From: Patescibacteria group bacterium
GTDB taxonomy: Bacteria > Patescibacteriota > Microgenomatia > Levybacterales > UBA12049
Direction: 5' to 3'
Length of the DNA: 64,000 bases
NCBI GenBank assembly: GCA_035457005.1
Contig: DATICB010000020.1
Location: 2,109 to 66,108 of the forward strand
A program made the translations under genes and the position numbers. Each line of letters begins with the position of its first letter. Position 1 is the stretch's first letter. Shown piece after piece: positions 29,443-42,195 of this stretch. The notes beneath the pieces are model-generated. The model was given only the letters and a program-made list of their open reading frames with translations. It was not told the origin of the DNA and did not search any database.

Positions 29443-29471
29443 ACATTAAAGAGTTTTGAAAACCTTGTCAA
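29443..29471 (-). promoter_or_regulatory. sigma70-like promoter candidate for the leader/pyr transcription unit
   Basis: minus strand TTGACA-N17-TAATGT, 11 nt upstream of the SD. Confidence 0.4.
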
Positions 29472-29496
29472 TAGATCAAAAGAGTACTTAAAGGGG

Positions 29497-30351
29497 TCAA
29501 TTTTCTATAGAATGCTCTGCAGCACTGACAACATTTTCAAGAAGACAGGCAACGTTGACCGGTCCCACACCGCCCGGTGTCGGTGTATACCAACCAGCAA
29601 TATCTTTTATTTTTTCTTCATTGTAGTCTCCATAAAATTTTCCATCATCCCCTCTTGTCATGCCAACATTTAAAAGAATAACATCTTTTTTAATCATGTC
29701 TTTTGTCAAAACACCTGGCTTCCCAACAGCAGTAATAATGATATCTGCTTTTTTAGCGATGTCTTCTGGATTTTTTGTTTGAGAGTCAATCACTGTTGGC
29801 TCTACTCCCCTATTTTGAAATTCTTTAATAATTGGTGTCCCACCTGTTGTACCTTTGCCCATAACAACAATATGTTTGCTGAGTAACCATTCATTGAATG
29901 ACTCACCTGTTGTGATTGTTTCTTTTATCATTGGCACTTCTAAAAGTTTCATAATTGCTGCAGCAATAGGGACAGTAAATGGTGAATTAGGAGTGAACCC
30001 ATCAACGTCTTTTTTAGGGTCTATAGAGTTAATAAGTTTTTGTTCATTCAAATTTTTTGGAATTGGGAGCTGAAGAATAATGCCGTGAATATCGCCATTT
30101 TTCTGCAGAAAATCAATTGTCTCCTTGAGCTTTTCCTGTGATATATTTTCCGGATGTTTATAGACACTTACTAAAGTGCCAATTTCTTTTGCTCTTTTTT
30201 CTTTCTGTAAAACATAAGAGACTGTTTCTGGATTTTCACCGACCATAACAACAGCTAAATGCGGCATAATCCCCTTTTCGGCAAGCGCGTCAACACGGAT
30301 AATCAGCTCTGCTAGCAAATGATTAGCAACCGTACGGCCATCTAAAATCAT
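29497..30351 (-). CDS. folD: bifunctional methylene-THF dehydrogenase/methenyl-THF cyclohydrolase
   Basis: 284 aa; FolD catalytic and NAD(P)-binding domains (GKGTTGGTPI...). Confidence 0.9.
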   Translation of the reverse strand: MILDGRTVANHLLAELIIRVDALAEKGIMPHLAVVMVGENPETVSYVLQKEKRAKEIGTLVSVYKHPENISQEKLKETIDFLQKNGDIHGIILQLPIPKNLNEQKLINSIDPKKDVDGFTPNSPFTVPIAAAIMKLLEVPMIKETITTGESFNEWLLSKHIVVMGKGTTGGTPIIKEFQNRGVEPTVIDSQTKNPEDIAKKADIIITAVGKPGVLTKDMIKKDVILLNVGMTRGDDGKFYGDYNEEKIKDIAGWYTPTPGGVGPVNVACLLENVVSAAEHSIEN

Positions 30352-30612
30352 GTGGATATTATAGCAGAATTATTATTGCAGGTGCTCTAGAGCTGTAATT
30401 CTCTTGTCGTGATTTTTAATTTCATCTTCAATTTCCTTATCTTTTTCATGCCATGATTTGTTCTTGCCTGATTGTCTTAAGCTGTTCAACGACACCATCT
30501 AGTCGTTCAAAAATATCATTTTTCAAGTTCCCTATTGCTTTGTCAAATTTCTCTTCAGAAACAGGATTTTGTTTCATAAATTCACTATAAAAGAATGCTA
30601 ACAAAGCGTCAA

Positions 30613-33093
30613 CTATTCTACGCAGGTTATTGAAGCAACATGATCATTGGCTTTAGAAAATCTCATGAGAATAACCCCTTGTGTTGCGCGAGATAATTTT
30701 GGAATAGATGCTAGCTCGAGTTGCACAACTTGTCCCTTTTTGGATGTAATAATAACGCTGTTACTTGTTGGTGGAATAACCTGTGATACAGCAACTTTTC
30801 CTGTTTTCTCTGTGACATTGGCGACTTTTACTCCCATGCCGCCTCTTGTCTGTCCTCTAAATTCACTGGCTAGTGTTTTTTTACCAAGACCATTTTCCAT
30901 AATTGTCAAAAGGAGCGCATCTTTGTCATCGTGATGGACAATATCCATGCTAATCACTTCGTCAGTTGAGCTAATTTTTATTCCTCTCACGCCTTGTGTT
31001 GCACGGCCCATCGACCTAACCTGTTTTTCGTTAAATCGAATTGCTTTCCCTTCTTTGGTAACAAGCAAAACTTCATCATCGTCTGATGTTAAATTACTCC
31101 AGACCAATTCGTCTCCTTTATCTAATTTTATTGCAACAATTCCTGATTTTCTAATATTTTCAAATTCACTGACTTTCGATTTTTTCACTGTTCCATTTCT
31201 TGTTGTCAGGAAGACATACGTATCTTTTAATTTTCCTTGGTAATTAATAAATGATTCAATCTTTTCTCCTGCTTCAATATTAAGCAAATTAACAATTGCA
31301 CTGCCCTTGGATGTTCGACTGCTTTCTGCAATTTCGTATGCTTTCAGCTGATATACTTTTCCTTTGTTGGTAAAGAAAAGAAGATTGTCATGTGTTTGGG
31401 CATAACGAATGCTTAAAATGTCGTCTTCTTCTTTTGTTGTCATTCCTTTTACTCCCTTGCCTCCCCTATTTTGCGTATGGAAAGAATTTGTTGATTGTCT
31501 CTTTATATACCCAGTATTGGTAATAGTGATAACAGTTGGCTCGTTAGGAATTAAATCTTCTTCGGAGAATTCATCGACTTTTCCTTTGTACACTTTTGTT
31601 CGTCTTTCATCACCATATTTTTCTTTAAGATGGGTCAACTCTTCAGCAACAACTTTTAAGATTTTTTCAGGATGCGAGAGTAAATCTTCCAAATAAGCAA
31701 TGGTTTCTTTTACCATTAAAAGCTCTTCTTCAATTTTCTGTCTTTCAAGTGCAGCAAGACGCCTTAATTGCATGTCTAAAATTGCAGTTGCTTGAAGTTC
31801 GGACAATTTAAATTTCTCCATTAAATTCTTCTTTGCTTCTTCCTGATCTTTTGATTCACGAATTGTTTTAATAACAGCATCAATATGATCAACGGCAATT
31901 TTTAGTCCTTCTAAAATATGCAGCCGTGCTTTTGCTTGTCTTAATTCAAACTCACTTCTTCTGGTAATAACAATAAATCGATGTTTAAGATATTCTTCAA
32001 GAATGACTTTGAGTGTTAAGGTTTGGGGTGTGCCATCAACGAGTGCAACAATGTTTCCTGGGAAAGATGTTTGCAAACTGGTGTGTTTGAATAAATTGTT
32101 TAACACCTTTTTAGGTGCTGCATCTCTTTTTAACTCAACAACAATTCTAAGTCCATGTCTGTCTGATTCATCACGCAAATCGGTAATACCTTCAATTTTT
32201 TTCTCCTTTGCCAAATCAGCAATTCTTGCAACTAAAAGTGCTTTATTTACCTGATATGGTAATTCGGTAATTATAATGGCGCTTTTTCCTTGTCCAATTT
32301 CTTCGATTTCTGCTTTACCCCGGATAATAATTTTTCCTTTTCCTGTTGTGTACAAATTTCTAATTTCTGTTTGGTCATACAAAGCGCCCCTAGTTGGGAA
32401 ATCAGGGCCTTTAATATGTTCTAAAAGCTCTTCTATAGTAATTTCTGTTGTTAGCTTAACACCGTGTTTTTCCGATGTATCTTTGGTGATTTTTGTTTTG
32501 GCAATTACTGCATGAATTGCATCAATCACTTCGGACAAATTATGTGGAGGAATTTTGGTTGCCATACCAACAGCAATTCCCTCTGCTCCCATAAGAAGCA
32601 AATTAGGAAGTTTGGCTGGAAGATAGACTGGCTCTTGTCTGCTGGAGTCAAAATTTGGCCTGGTATCAACGGTTTCTTTGTCCAAATCCCAAAGCATTTC
32701 AGACGTGATTGCTGCCATTCTTGCCTCGGTATAACGCATAGCAGCCGGTGGATCACCATCTAAAGAACCAAAGTTTCCCTGTCCATCAACCAAAGGATAT
32801 CGCATGGAAAAATCCTGTGCCAAACGAACCATTGCATCGTAGACTGGGACATCTCCATGTGGATGATATTTTCCCAACACTTCTCCAACAACCGTTGCGG
32901 ACTTTTTATATTTGGATGAGTGATCCAGACCCATCTCATTCATAGCAAAAAGAATGCGTCTATGAACTGGTTTTAGTCCGTCTCTCACGTCAGGAAGTGC
33001 GCGGTCGACAATGACAGACATAGCGTAATCCAAATACGCCCGTTTCATTTCTATTGTCAGTTCTGCTTTTTGCAGTGTGCCGATATCTACCAT
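30613..33093 (-). CDS. gyrA: DNA gyrase subunit A
   Basis: 826 aa; N-terminal GyrA box with catalytic Tyr region, C-terminal beta-pinwheel repeats. Confidence 0.95.
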   Translation of the reverse strand: MVDIGTLQKAELTIEMKRAYLDYAMSVIVDRALPDVRDGLKPVHRRILFAMNEMGLDHSSKYKKSATVVGEVLGKYHPHGDVPVYDAMVRLAQDFSMRYPLVDGQGNFGSLDGDPPAAMRYTEARMAAITSEMLWDLDKETVDTRPNFDSSRQEPVYLPAKLPNLLLMGAEGIAVGMATKIPPHNLSEVIDAIHAVIAKTKITKDTSEKHGVKLTTEITIEELLEHIKGPDFPTRGALYDQTEIRNLYTTGKGKIIIRGKAEIEEIGQGKSAIIITELPYQVNKALLVARIADLAKEKKIEGITDLRDESDRHGLRIVVELKRDAAPKKVLNNLFKHTSLQTSFPGNIVALVDGTPQTLTLKVILEEYLKHRFIVITRRSEFELRQAKARLHILEGLKIAVDHIDAVIKTIRESKDQEEAKKNLMEKFKLSELQATAILDMQLRRLAALERQKIEEELLMVKETIAYLEDLLSHPEKILKVVAEELTHLKEKYGDERRTKVYKGKVDEFSEEDLIPNEPTVITITNTGYIKRQSTNSFHTQNRGGKGVKGMTTKEEDDILSIRYAQTHDNLLFFTNKGKVYQLKAYEIAESSRTSKGSAIVNLLNIEAGEKIESFINYQGKLKDTYVFLTTRNGTVKKSKVSEFENIRKSGIVAIKLDKGDELVWSNLTSDDDEVLLVTKEGKAIRFNEKQVRSMGRATQGVRGIKISSTDEVISMDIVHHDDKDALLLTIMENGLGKKTLASEFRGQTRGGMGVKVANVTEKTGKVAVSQVIPPTSNSVIITSKKGQVVQLELASIPKLSRATQGVILMRFSKANDHVASITCVE

Positions 33094-33099
33094 ACAAAG

Positions 33100-33642
33100 T
33101 TATTTGGAGAAGCCTTCTTTTTCGAAGCGTTCAATACACTCGCAGACTATTTTTTTCGCTTCCTCGACATCTCCCCACCCAAGCACTTTTGTTGTGCCGG
33201 GTTTTTTTAAATCCTTATAGTGCGCAAAGTGAAATTCAATTTTTTGCTTCCAACGGCTACCCAAATCATCGAGTGTTTTGATACTGTCTCCTGTATTTCT
33301 GTCATCATCTGGGACACAAACAATCTTGTAGTCCATTTCCCCATCGTCTTCAAAATTAAAAATACCAAGAATTTTTCCGTGAACAAGTGTTCCTGTTGGG
33401 ATTGGTTCGTGACACACCATTAAGACATCTAATTCATCTCCATCGGTGTCTTTTGTTGCGGGAATAAATCCGTAATTAACGGGCTTAGGGAAAACATCTG
33501 GCTCGACTCGATCGAGCATAAACATACCGTTGGTCCGATCATATTCAATCTTTAAAGAAGACCCTTGCGGAATATCAATAACTGCATTAACAAATCCTTC
33601 GTCTACTTTTCCTGGGGTGAGTGTTTTATTAAAATCCATCAT
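33100..33642 (-). CDS. ppa: inorganic pyrophosphatase (family I)
   Basis: 180 aa; conserved Asp cluster DGDELDVLMV...DDGEMDYKIV. Confidence 0.9.
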   Translation of the reverse strand: MMDFNKTLTPGKVDEGFVNAVIDIPQGSSLKIEYDRTNGMFMLDRVEPDVFPKPVNYGFIPATKDTDGDELDVLMVCHEPIPTGTLVHGKILGIFNFEDDGEMDYKIVCVPDDDRNTGDSIKTLDDLGSRWKQKIEFHFAHYKDLKKPGTTKVLGWGDVEEAKKIVCECIERFEKEGFSK

Positions 33643-33732
33643 AAGATTTAGTTATAGTATACTGTTCTTGTTCGAGCTTGTCGAGAACTATTTTAAAACT
33701 TCTCGACTCGTTTCACTCACTCGAAGAAGAAG

Positions 33733-34206
33733 CTACATTTTATATTCCTGTCTTGGGTTATCTGGAAAATTTTTTTCGTCAAACAAAACAAATAAAGTTG
33801 GTTTTATGTGATACACCATGTGTCCATCTGTCCCATCTTGAATTTTTTTCTTTCTTTCTTCTCCCATTTTCATTCTTGTTGCATAGGTTTTTAGTCCATG
33901 TTCTCCATCTTGTTTTTCTAATTTTTTTGCAATTCCTTGAAATTGTATGCCCCTTACTTCGTCTCCTGGTGTATGGGGTAAAACAATTGTACCGGCAACT
34001 TTCTCATTTATTGCAATTTCTTGGGAATGTCTTCTTTCTGGCTTGGATAACCAATATAAATTAAGCTTATCATCATAAGCAAAATAAACAGTGCAGACCC
34101 AAGGTTGATTGTCTTTTGCAGTTGCAACCTGCATAAGGCGTGCACTTTCTAAATACTCAGTAATCAGCTGCTTAATATCCATAGCTTTATATATCAAGAT
34201 TTGCAC
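33733..34206 (-). CDS. pyridoxamine-5'-phosphate-oxidase-like FMN-binding split-barrel protein
   Basis: 157 aa; PNPOx-like fold signature (ARLMQVATAKDNQPWVCTVYFAYDD...). Confidence 0.65.
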   Translation of the reverse strand: MQILIYKAMDIKQLITEYLESARLMQVATAKDNQPWVCTVYFAYDDKLNLYWLSKPERRHSQEIAINEKVAGTIVLPHTPGDEVRGIQFQGIAKKLEKQDGEHGLKTYATRMKMGEERKKKIQDGTDGHMVYHIKPTLFVLFDEKNFPDNPRQEYKM

Positions 34207-34221
34207 TGGTCGTCCACAGGA

Positions 34222-36177
<1,956 letters not shown>

Positions 36178-36237
36178 CTAACATAGACGTTTTACTTGAG
36201 CAATGTACTATAGTAAAAATCAAAAAGATCCTGTAGT

Positions 36238-36831
36238 TTACACATTTTCAAGACTACGCCAAAGGTACCAACATGCGTTACTTCGGTATGGTTGCCACAT
36301 TTTGGATAATTCCAGCATCTTTTGTTGATCTGTTATTCCATAGAGCTTGGTTATTGCATTGCGAAGTCCTAAATCGCCAACAGAAAAAACATCTGGCCTG
36401 TTGAGTGTAAAGATAAGAATCATTTCTGCGGTCCACTTCCCTACTCCGCGAATTTGGGTAAGAGCGACAATAACCTCGTCATCAGTCATCTTTTGTATCT
36501 TTTTTACATCTATGAGGCCACTCACAAATGCATCCGCAACACTTTTTATGTATGAAATTTTCTGAAAAGAAATACCTGCTAATCGAATGGTTTCATCAGG
36601 CATACGAAGAATTTGCTGCGGGGTGGGAAAGGTGGTGTCATTTTGTTGCCTCCCTTGTTTTTTAAACAATTCAACAAATCTTTTATAAATAGTGTCAGAT
36701 GCTTTTACTGAAAGCTGTTGGGAAATAATTGACTCAATAAGATTTTCATATAATTTCTCTGTCCTATCTGCAAAATGGGGCTTAGGATATTTTGCAACCA
36801 ATTGTTGCATGATAGGATCTGTAAATTTCAT
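36238..36831 (-). CDS. HhH-GPD DNA glycosylase (AlkA-like DNA-3-methyladenine glycosylase II)
   Basis: 197 aa; HhH motif and catalytic Asp region (...LTQIRGVGKWTAEMILIF...D). Confidence 0.75.
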   Translation of the reverse strand: MKFTDPIMQQLVAKYPKPHFADRTEKLYENLIESIISQQLSVKASDTIYKRFVELFKKQGRQQNDTTFPTPQQILRMPDETIRLAGISFQKISYIKSVADAFVSGLIDVKKIQKMTDDEVIVALTQIRGVGKWTAEMILIFTLNRPDVFSVGDLGLRNAITKLYGITDQQKMLELSKMWQPYRSNACWYLWRSLENV

Positions 36832-37514
36832 TGCAAGAGAAAATGTTCCAGAATCATTCGCGGTGAAACATTGGTTGTTTGGAATATTTTGTATGCTTGC
36901 AAGAGGCGTTCTATTGCTTTCACTATTTGCGTGTCATTTGGATTTTCTAGCATCTGTTGACGAGCAAGCATGATACTTTCTTCAAACCACAGGGCAAGTT
37001 TGTCTTTGTCTGCGGCCAAATCTTCGGCCAAGGCAAGACGATCGGCAATCGACCCTTTCTCTATTTCGCTCAGTTGATTTAGTATTTTGTTTTTCCTATC
37101 GTCATCGAGTCCTTGCGCTGCGTGTTCTATCTTGTATGCGCGACATCTACTGACAATTGTTGGAAGCATTGTCGCATCGGTTGTTGCAGAAAGAATAAGA
37201 GTGGTATGTGCTGGTGGCTCTTCGAGTATTTTCAGGAGTGCATTTTGTGCTTCTGGGGTAAGAAGCTGTGCGTTGTTAAGAATAATACATTTTTCCAAGC
37301 CATGAGAGGGTGCAAGATATGCTGTTTTTTGCATAGTTCGTATATCTTCGATGCCAAAAGATGCTGTCTGCGGCTCCAAAAGCTGTTTATCAAAAGGAGA
37401 AATCTTCTGCTTTGTGCAGAATGATGCAATATACTCATTGCGCCTTTCCTGCGATTTGCCAATAAGAAGTATGCTTTGCATAATAGTAGCTAAGTGATTA
37501 TAGAAATTTTGCAT
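36828..37514 (-). CDS. holB: DNA polymerase III delta' subunit-like AAA+ protein
   Basis: NALLKILEEPP and SRC (TIVSRCRAY) motifs; degenerate Walker A; the track start is TTG, so I used the internal Met MQNFYNH. Confidence 0.65.
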   Translation of the reverse strand: MQNFYNHLATIMQSILLIGKSQERRNEYIASFCTKQKISPFDKQLLEPQTASFGIEDIRTMQKTAYLAPSHGLEKCIILNNAQLLTPEAQNALLKILEEPPAHTTLILSATTDATMLPTIVSRCRAYKIEHAAQGLDDDRKNKILNQLSEIEKGSIADRLALAEDLAADKDKLALWFEESIMLARQQMLENPNDTQIVKAIERLLQAYKIFQTTNVSPRMILEHFLLQ

Positions 37515-37753
37515 CTTTTTTGCTAGGCTTGCTTTATGACAGATTCTGACGGTCCTCTTGGTCGTGAGTTTCGAGAATTTGACGGCCAAATAAGGAGAGA
37601 AATAATGAAGTTAGAGAGGGAAATGGGATTAATTGGCGGAGAGCATGACGGTGAAAGTTCGGGTGGCCGGATGAAAAGAAAAATTAGAGAAGGACTAAGG
37701 GATGTAGGGAGAAGATTGGGTTTTGGTAGGAATAGATAGTAAAGCTTTCTTCA

Positions 37754-39691
37754 TTGACACAACTTCAAAGGTTAACTACTATAAAAGTAATGCCCGATCA
37801 GCAACCAGTTCCGCAGGGAAATCCTGTTGGAGCAAATCCCTCAGTTGTCACTCCTTTAGTGAGTGTGTCTCCTGCTGTGCAGCAGCCTATCAATGCAGCA
37901 ACACCAGTAACTCCAACTGTTCAGCAAGCAACGCCGGAACTTAGGCCACCAGCAATAAGCCAGCAACCCTTTGTATCAAGTAGTCAACCGGAGACAAATG
38001 TTGTCGACGCACTTTTCCGACAAGGGCTACTCACTAAACAACAATATGACGAGATTAAGTTAAAAAGCGCGACAACCAATAAGTCAGCAGACGAAATTTT
38101 GCAGGAAATGCACATTGTTGATCCTGAAAAAATTGCAGAAGTAAAGGCAACGCTTTTAGGCGTCCCTTACATTAATTTATCTACTGCTTCTTTTTCTCCA
38201 GAAGCTTTAAGTTTTATTCCACGTGCTGTTGTTGAGCGTTTTCAACTTATCCCCTTTTTATACGACGACAAAGCAAAAGTTTTATCTGTTGCAATGAGTG
38301 ATCCTTCGGATTTGGACGCAATCAGCTTTATTCAGCAAAAAACAGGTCTTACCATAAAAACATTTGCCGCATCTGCAGATGATGTAAAAAGTGCCATATC
38401 TGCACAGTATCGCCAAGAATTGGTAGGAGAAGTCGGAAAAGCAGTTAAGGAGACAGAAGAATTGCACGAAACCAATGAAGCCAAAACAGTAGACAGCTCC
38501 CAAATAGGTCAGATTATTAAAGAAGCACCAATTGCAAAAATTGTCGCAACCATTTTGGAATATGCAGTCAATTCTCGCGCATCCGATGTGCATATCGAGC
38601 CAATGGAAGACAGAGTACGAGTGAGGTATCGCATTGACGGCATTTTGTACGATAGACTAAGTCTTCCAAAATCAGTGCAGGATGCCGTGATCTCGCGTAT
38701 CAAAGTGCTTTCTGAAATGAAAATTGATGAACACCGAACGCCGCAGGATGGAAGATTTAATTTTAAAGTTGGTAATCAAGAGGTTGATCTTCGTATTTCT
38801 GTTTTACCTACAGTACATGGCGAGAAAATCGTTATGAGACTTCTTCGCAAATCAGGAGGCATTCCTACACTTCCTGAATTGGGACTTAATGGAACATCAC
38901 TCAAAGAATTGGAAACAGCAATTCTTCGCCCGCACGGCATTATTTTAGTCTGCGGGCCTACGGGATCTGGAAAAACAACGACATTGTACGCAGTGCTGGC
39001 CAAGCTCAATACAACGCGTGTGAATATTGTTTCTTTGGAAGATCCGGTTGAGTACGAAATTCCCGGAGTCAATCAGGTGCAAATTAATCCTGCTGTGGGA
39101 CTTACGTTTGCCGATGGACTCAGAAGTTTCCTGCGTCAGGATCCTAATATTATTCTTGTTGGAGAAATTCGGGATAGTGAGACAACAGATTTGGCAATTC
39201 AGGCAGCGCTCACCGGTCATTTGGTTTTTTCAACACTTCATACATCAGATGCGGCAGGTGCCCTCCCTCGTCTTATTGATTTAGGAGCAGAAACATTTCT
39301 TTTAGCATCAACGATTACCGCTGTTATGGGACAAAGAATTGTGAGAAAAATTTGCCCAAATTGCAAAGAATCCTACATACCAGCACCTCAGCTTGTTGAG
39401 GAAATCAAAAAAGAACTCGGTCCGCTCATGCCGCAAGGGGAGATAAAGCTCTACAAAGGAAAAGGATGCAGTGAATGCGGTGATTCAGGTTATATAGGCA
39501 GAGTTGGTATTTTTGAAGTCCTCACGGTTACTGAAAAAATTGCTCATCTTATTTTGCAACGGGCAGATGCAGAAGCAATAGAAAAACAGGCGGTAGTAGA
39601 GGGTATGATTACCATGAAGCAGGATGGATACTTAAAAGTGTTGGCGGGTGTAACAACGATAGAAGAAGTGTTGCGTGTTGCGCAGGAATAA
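37754..39691 (+). CDS. pilB: type IV pilus assembly ATPase PilB (GspE family) with Pro-rich N-terminal extension
   Basis: GspII_E N-domain, Walker A VCGPTGSGKTTTL, Asp/His boxes, tetracysteine zinc motif CPNC...CSEC. Confidence 0.9.
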   Translation: MTQLQRLTTIKVMPDQQPVPQGNPVGANPSVVTPLVSVSPAVQQPINAATPVTPTVQQATPELRPPAISQQPFVSSSQPETNVVDALFRQGLLTKQQYDEIKLKSATTNKSADEILQEMHIVDPEKIAEVKATLLGVPYINLSTASFSPEALSFIPRAVVERFQLIPFLYDDKAKVLSVAMSDPSDLDAISFIQQKTGLTIKTFAASADDVKSAISAQYRQELVGEVGKAVKETEELHETNEAKTVDSSQIGQIIKEAPIAKIVATILEYAVNSRASDVHIEPMEDRVRVRYRIDGILYDRLSLPKSVQDAVISRIKVLSEMKIDEHRTPQDGRFNFKVGNQEVDLRISVLPTVHGEKIVMRLLRKSGGIPTLPELGLNGTSLKELETAILRPHGIILVCGPTGSGKTTTLYAVLAKLNTTRVNIVSLEDPVEYEIPGVNQVQINPAVGLTFADGLRSFLRQDPNIILVGEIRDSETTDLAIQAALTGHLVFSTLHTSDAAGALPRLIDLGAETFLLASTITAVMGQRIVRKICPNCKESYIPAPQLVEEIKKELGPLMPQGEIKLYKGKGCSECGDSGYIGRVGIFEVLTVTEKIAHLILQRADAEAIEKQAVVEGMITMKQDGYLKVLAGVTTIEEVLRVAQE

Positions 39692-39766
39692 TCTTGCATA
39701 GGGCAATTGAGCCTGGAGAATAACTTAAGCACTAAACTCTTAGCTCTTTGCTATACTGAAAGTATT

Positions 39767-40834
39767 ATGGATTTACAGCAATTATTAGAATTAGTTGTTA
39801 AAAGCAATGCATCGGATTTGCATTTATTGCCTGGACTTCCTCCGGCAATTCGTGTTGATGGTAATTTGTCCTATGTTGCGCAGGTTGCTGTTTTAAGCTC
39901 TGAAAGTGTGACGAGCATGCTTTTTGGGCTTTTGAGTGCCGAGCAGAAAGATTTGCTCACTGCAAATAAAGAGCTTGATTTTTCTATGCCGTATGGTGGC
40001 GGTATTTATGGAGACTTAGGACGTTTTCGTGTCAATGCATACTACCAACGGGGGCAATTATGCGGGGCGTTTCGTTTTTTGCCCAAAACAATTAAAACAA
40101 TTGAAGATTTACATTTGCCACGAATTTGTCACACATTTGCAAATTTACGCCAGGGATTTGTTTTGGTAACAGGCCCAACAGGACAAGGAAAATCAACAAC
40201 TCTCGCCTCAATGGTAAATGAAATTAATATGACGCGGGCAAATCATATTTTAACGATTGAGGATCCAATTGAATATGTGTACCCCAATGGAAAAAGTATT
40301 ATTTCTCAGCGCGAAATGAAATCAGACACTCATTCGTGGACTATGGCACTTCGTTCCTCTTTACGTGAAGATCCAGATGTTGTCTTAATTGGTGAAATGC
40401 GTGATCCTGATACCATGCAGGCAGCAATGACCATTGCAGAGACTGGTCATTTGGTGTTGTCGACACTCCATACAAATTCTGCATCACAATCAATAGACAG
40501 AATTATTGATAGCTTCCCTGAGCATCAACAAACCCAAATTCGCACGCAGCTTTCATTTACCTTAAAAGGCATTATTTCGCAAAGACTTATTCCACAAATT
40601 TCTGGAGGAAGAATTCCAGCTGTTGAAATCTTAGTCGGTACGCCTGCGGTAGCAAGTAATGTGCGAGATGGAAAAACGCATTTGATTGATTCTATTATCC
40701 AAACATCACAAGATGTCGGCATGGTAACACTTGATAATTCTCTTTCACAACTTGTTTTGTCTGGAGCTATTAGTCTTGATACGGCAAAATCCTACAGCTT
40801 GCACCCTGAAGAACTTCTGAGAATGGTGGGATAA
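39767..40834 (+). CDS. pilT: type IV pilus retraction ATPase PilT
   Basis: start at MDLQQLLEL; Walker A VTGPTGQGKSTTL; PilT-type C-terminus; no zinc-finger. Confidence 0.9.
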   Translation: MDLQQLLELVVKSNASDLHLLPGLPPAIRVDGNLSYVAQVAVLSSESVTSMLFGLLSAEQKDLLTANKELDFSMPYGGGIYGDLGRFRVNAYYQRGQLCGAFRFLPKTIKTIEDLHLPRICHTFANLRQGFVLVTGPTGQGKSTTLASMVNEINMTRANHILTIEDPIEYVYPNGKSIISQREMKSDTHSWTMALRSSLREDPDVVLIGEMRDPDTMQAAMTIAETGHLVLSTLHTNSASQSIDRIIDSFPEHQQTQIRTQLSFTLKGIISQRLIPQISGGRIPAVEILVGTPAVASNVRDGKTHLIDSIIQTSQDVGMVTLDNSLSQLVLSGAISLDTAKSYSLHPEELLRMVG

Positions 40835-40865
40835 AAAGCAGAGTTTCACTTTTTATTCGTTTTCT

Positions 40866-42068
40866 ATGAAAATACAATACCGCGCAACCAACAAAGAGGG
40901 AAAAGTTACCCAAGGCGTTTTGGAAGCAAAAGACGTGAACGAGGCAGTTGGGTTTTTGCGTACCAACGGCATGCTTCCTTTGTCTGTGAGAGAAATGACC
41001 TCACAAGGGTTTTCTTTTTCGGCTCTTTTTCAAAAATCCTCAACACAAGATTTAGTTTTATTTACCAGACAATTGTCATCTATTCTTTCTTCGGGACTGA
41101 CGCTTATGCAGGCTTTGAATATTTTAAAAGAGCAGGTGCAGAATCCGCAGATGAAACAAATTGTTGAAAGCCTTATTGCCGATGTGCAGGAAGGAAAAAC
41201 ATTTGCCGATGCTATTGCAAAATACCCAAAAATTTTTAACCCAATTTATATTTCTCTTATCCGTGCTGCAGAATCATCTGGTTTTTTAGACAAAGTGCTG
41301 CTTCGTTTGGCAGACAATTTGGAAAAACAGCAAAAATTAGCAAGTACCATAAAATCAGCCTTAGCATATCCGATTATCGTTATCGTCCTTATGATCGTTG
41401 TCATGTTTGTCATGATGATTTTTGTCATCCCACAACTGACAGTTTTGTACCAAAACTTGAATATCCCCCTCCCCTTTACTACCCAGGTTATGGTTGCAGT
41501 TTCTAATTTTACGATTGGATTTTGGCCGCTGATTCTTGGCATGGTTATTCTTATTGGGGTTGCCTATAATAGGTGGCTTAAAACAGAATCAGGAAAACTA
41601 ATTACTGACAGTATTAAGCTGAAATTGCCGGTTTTTGGTGTGTTGATTAGAAAAACGATCATGGCTGAGTTTTCTCGAACCTTTGGTTTGTTGGTTGGCG
41701 CAGGAACGCTTGTGGTACAATCTCTTAACGAGTCAGCAGACACAACAGGAAATGTTATTTATCGAAGTGCAATTCAGGAAATTGCGAAACGCGTTGAAAA
41801 AGGTATTTCAATTGGTGATGCCATGGCAGCGTTTGATATTTTCCCACCAATTCTTATTCAAATGGTAAAAATTGGCGAGCAAACAGGAAAATTAGATGAG
41901 TCGCTTTTAAAAGTTTCAGAATATTTTGAACGCGAAGTTGATGGGACGGTGAAGACACTGACAACCGCGATGGAACCATTTATTATGATTATTTTGGGAA
42001 TTGGCGTTTCGTTTCTCATTATTTCTATCATCACGCCAATTTACAACCTGACATCAAGCATCCAATAA
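40866..42068 (+). CDS. pilC: type IV pilus platform protein PilC (GspF family)
   Basis: 400 aa, two GspF repeats, 3-4 TM segments. Confidence 0.9.
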   Translation: MKIQYRATNKEGKVTQGVLEAKDVNEAVGFLRTNGMLPLSVREMTSQGFSFSALFQKSSTQDLVLFTRQLSSILSSGLTLMQALNILKEQVQNPQMKQIVESLIADVQEGKTFADAIAKYPKIFNPIYISLIRAAESSGFLDKVLLRLADNLEKQQKLASTIKSALAYPIIVIVLMIVVMFVMMIFVIPQLTVLYQNLNIPLPFTTQVMVAVSNFTIGFWPLILGMVILIGVAYNRWLKTESGKLITDSIKLKLPVFGVLIRKTIMAEFSRTFGLLVGAGTLVVQSLNESADTTGNVIYRSAIQEIAKRVEKGISIGDAMAAFDIFPPILIQMVKIGEQTGKLDESLLKVSEYFEREVDGTVKTLTTAMEPFIMIILGIGVSFLIISIITPIYNLTSSIQ

Positions 42069-42195
42069 AGACAGTTCGGAAATCTGGCTTGATACTGTGG
42101 AATCTAATTTACTCACAGATGTGTACTTTTTCGAATTTGCAGCAAGTTGGGATCTTGACAAGGTGAAAAAAAGTGTGTTTAACTTAATTAGAGTC

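Noticed and set aside
30647-32945. Multiple 65-99 aa + strand ORFs inside gyrA (and similar ones inside gyrB, recG, PBP, pilB)
   Set aside because: Antisense frames within highly conserved essential genes; Ser/Leu-rich translations typical of antisense AT-rich coding DNA
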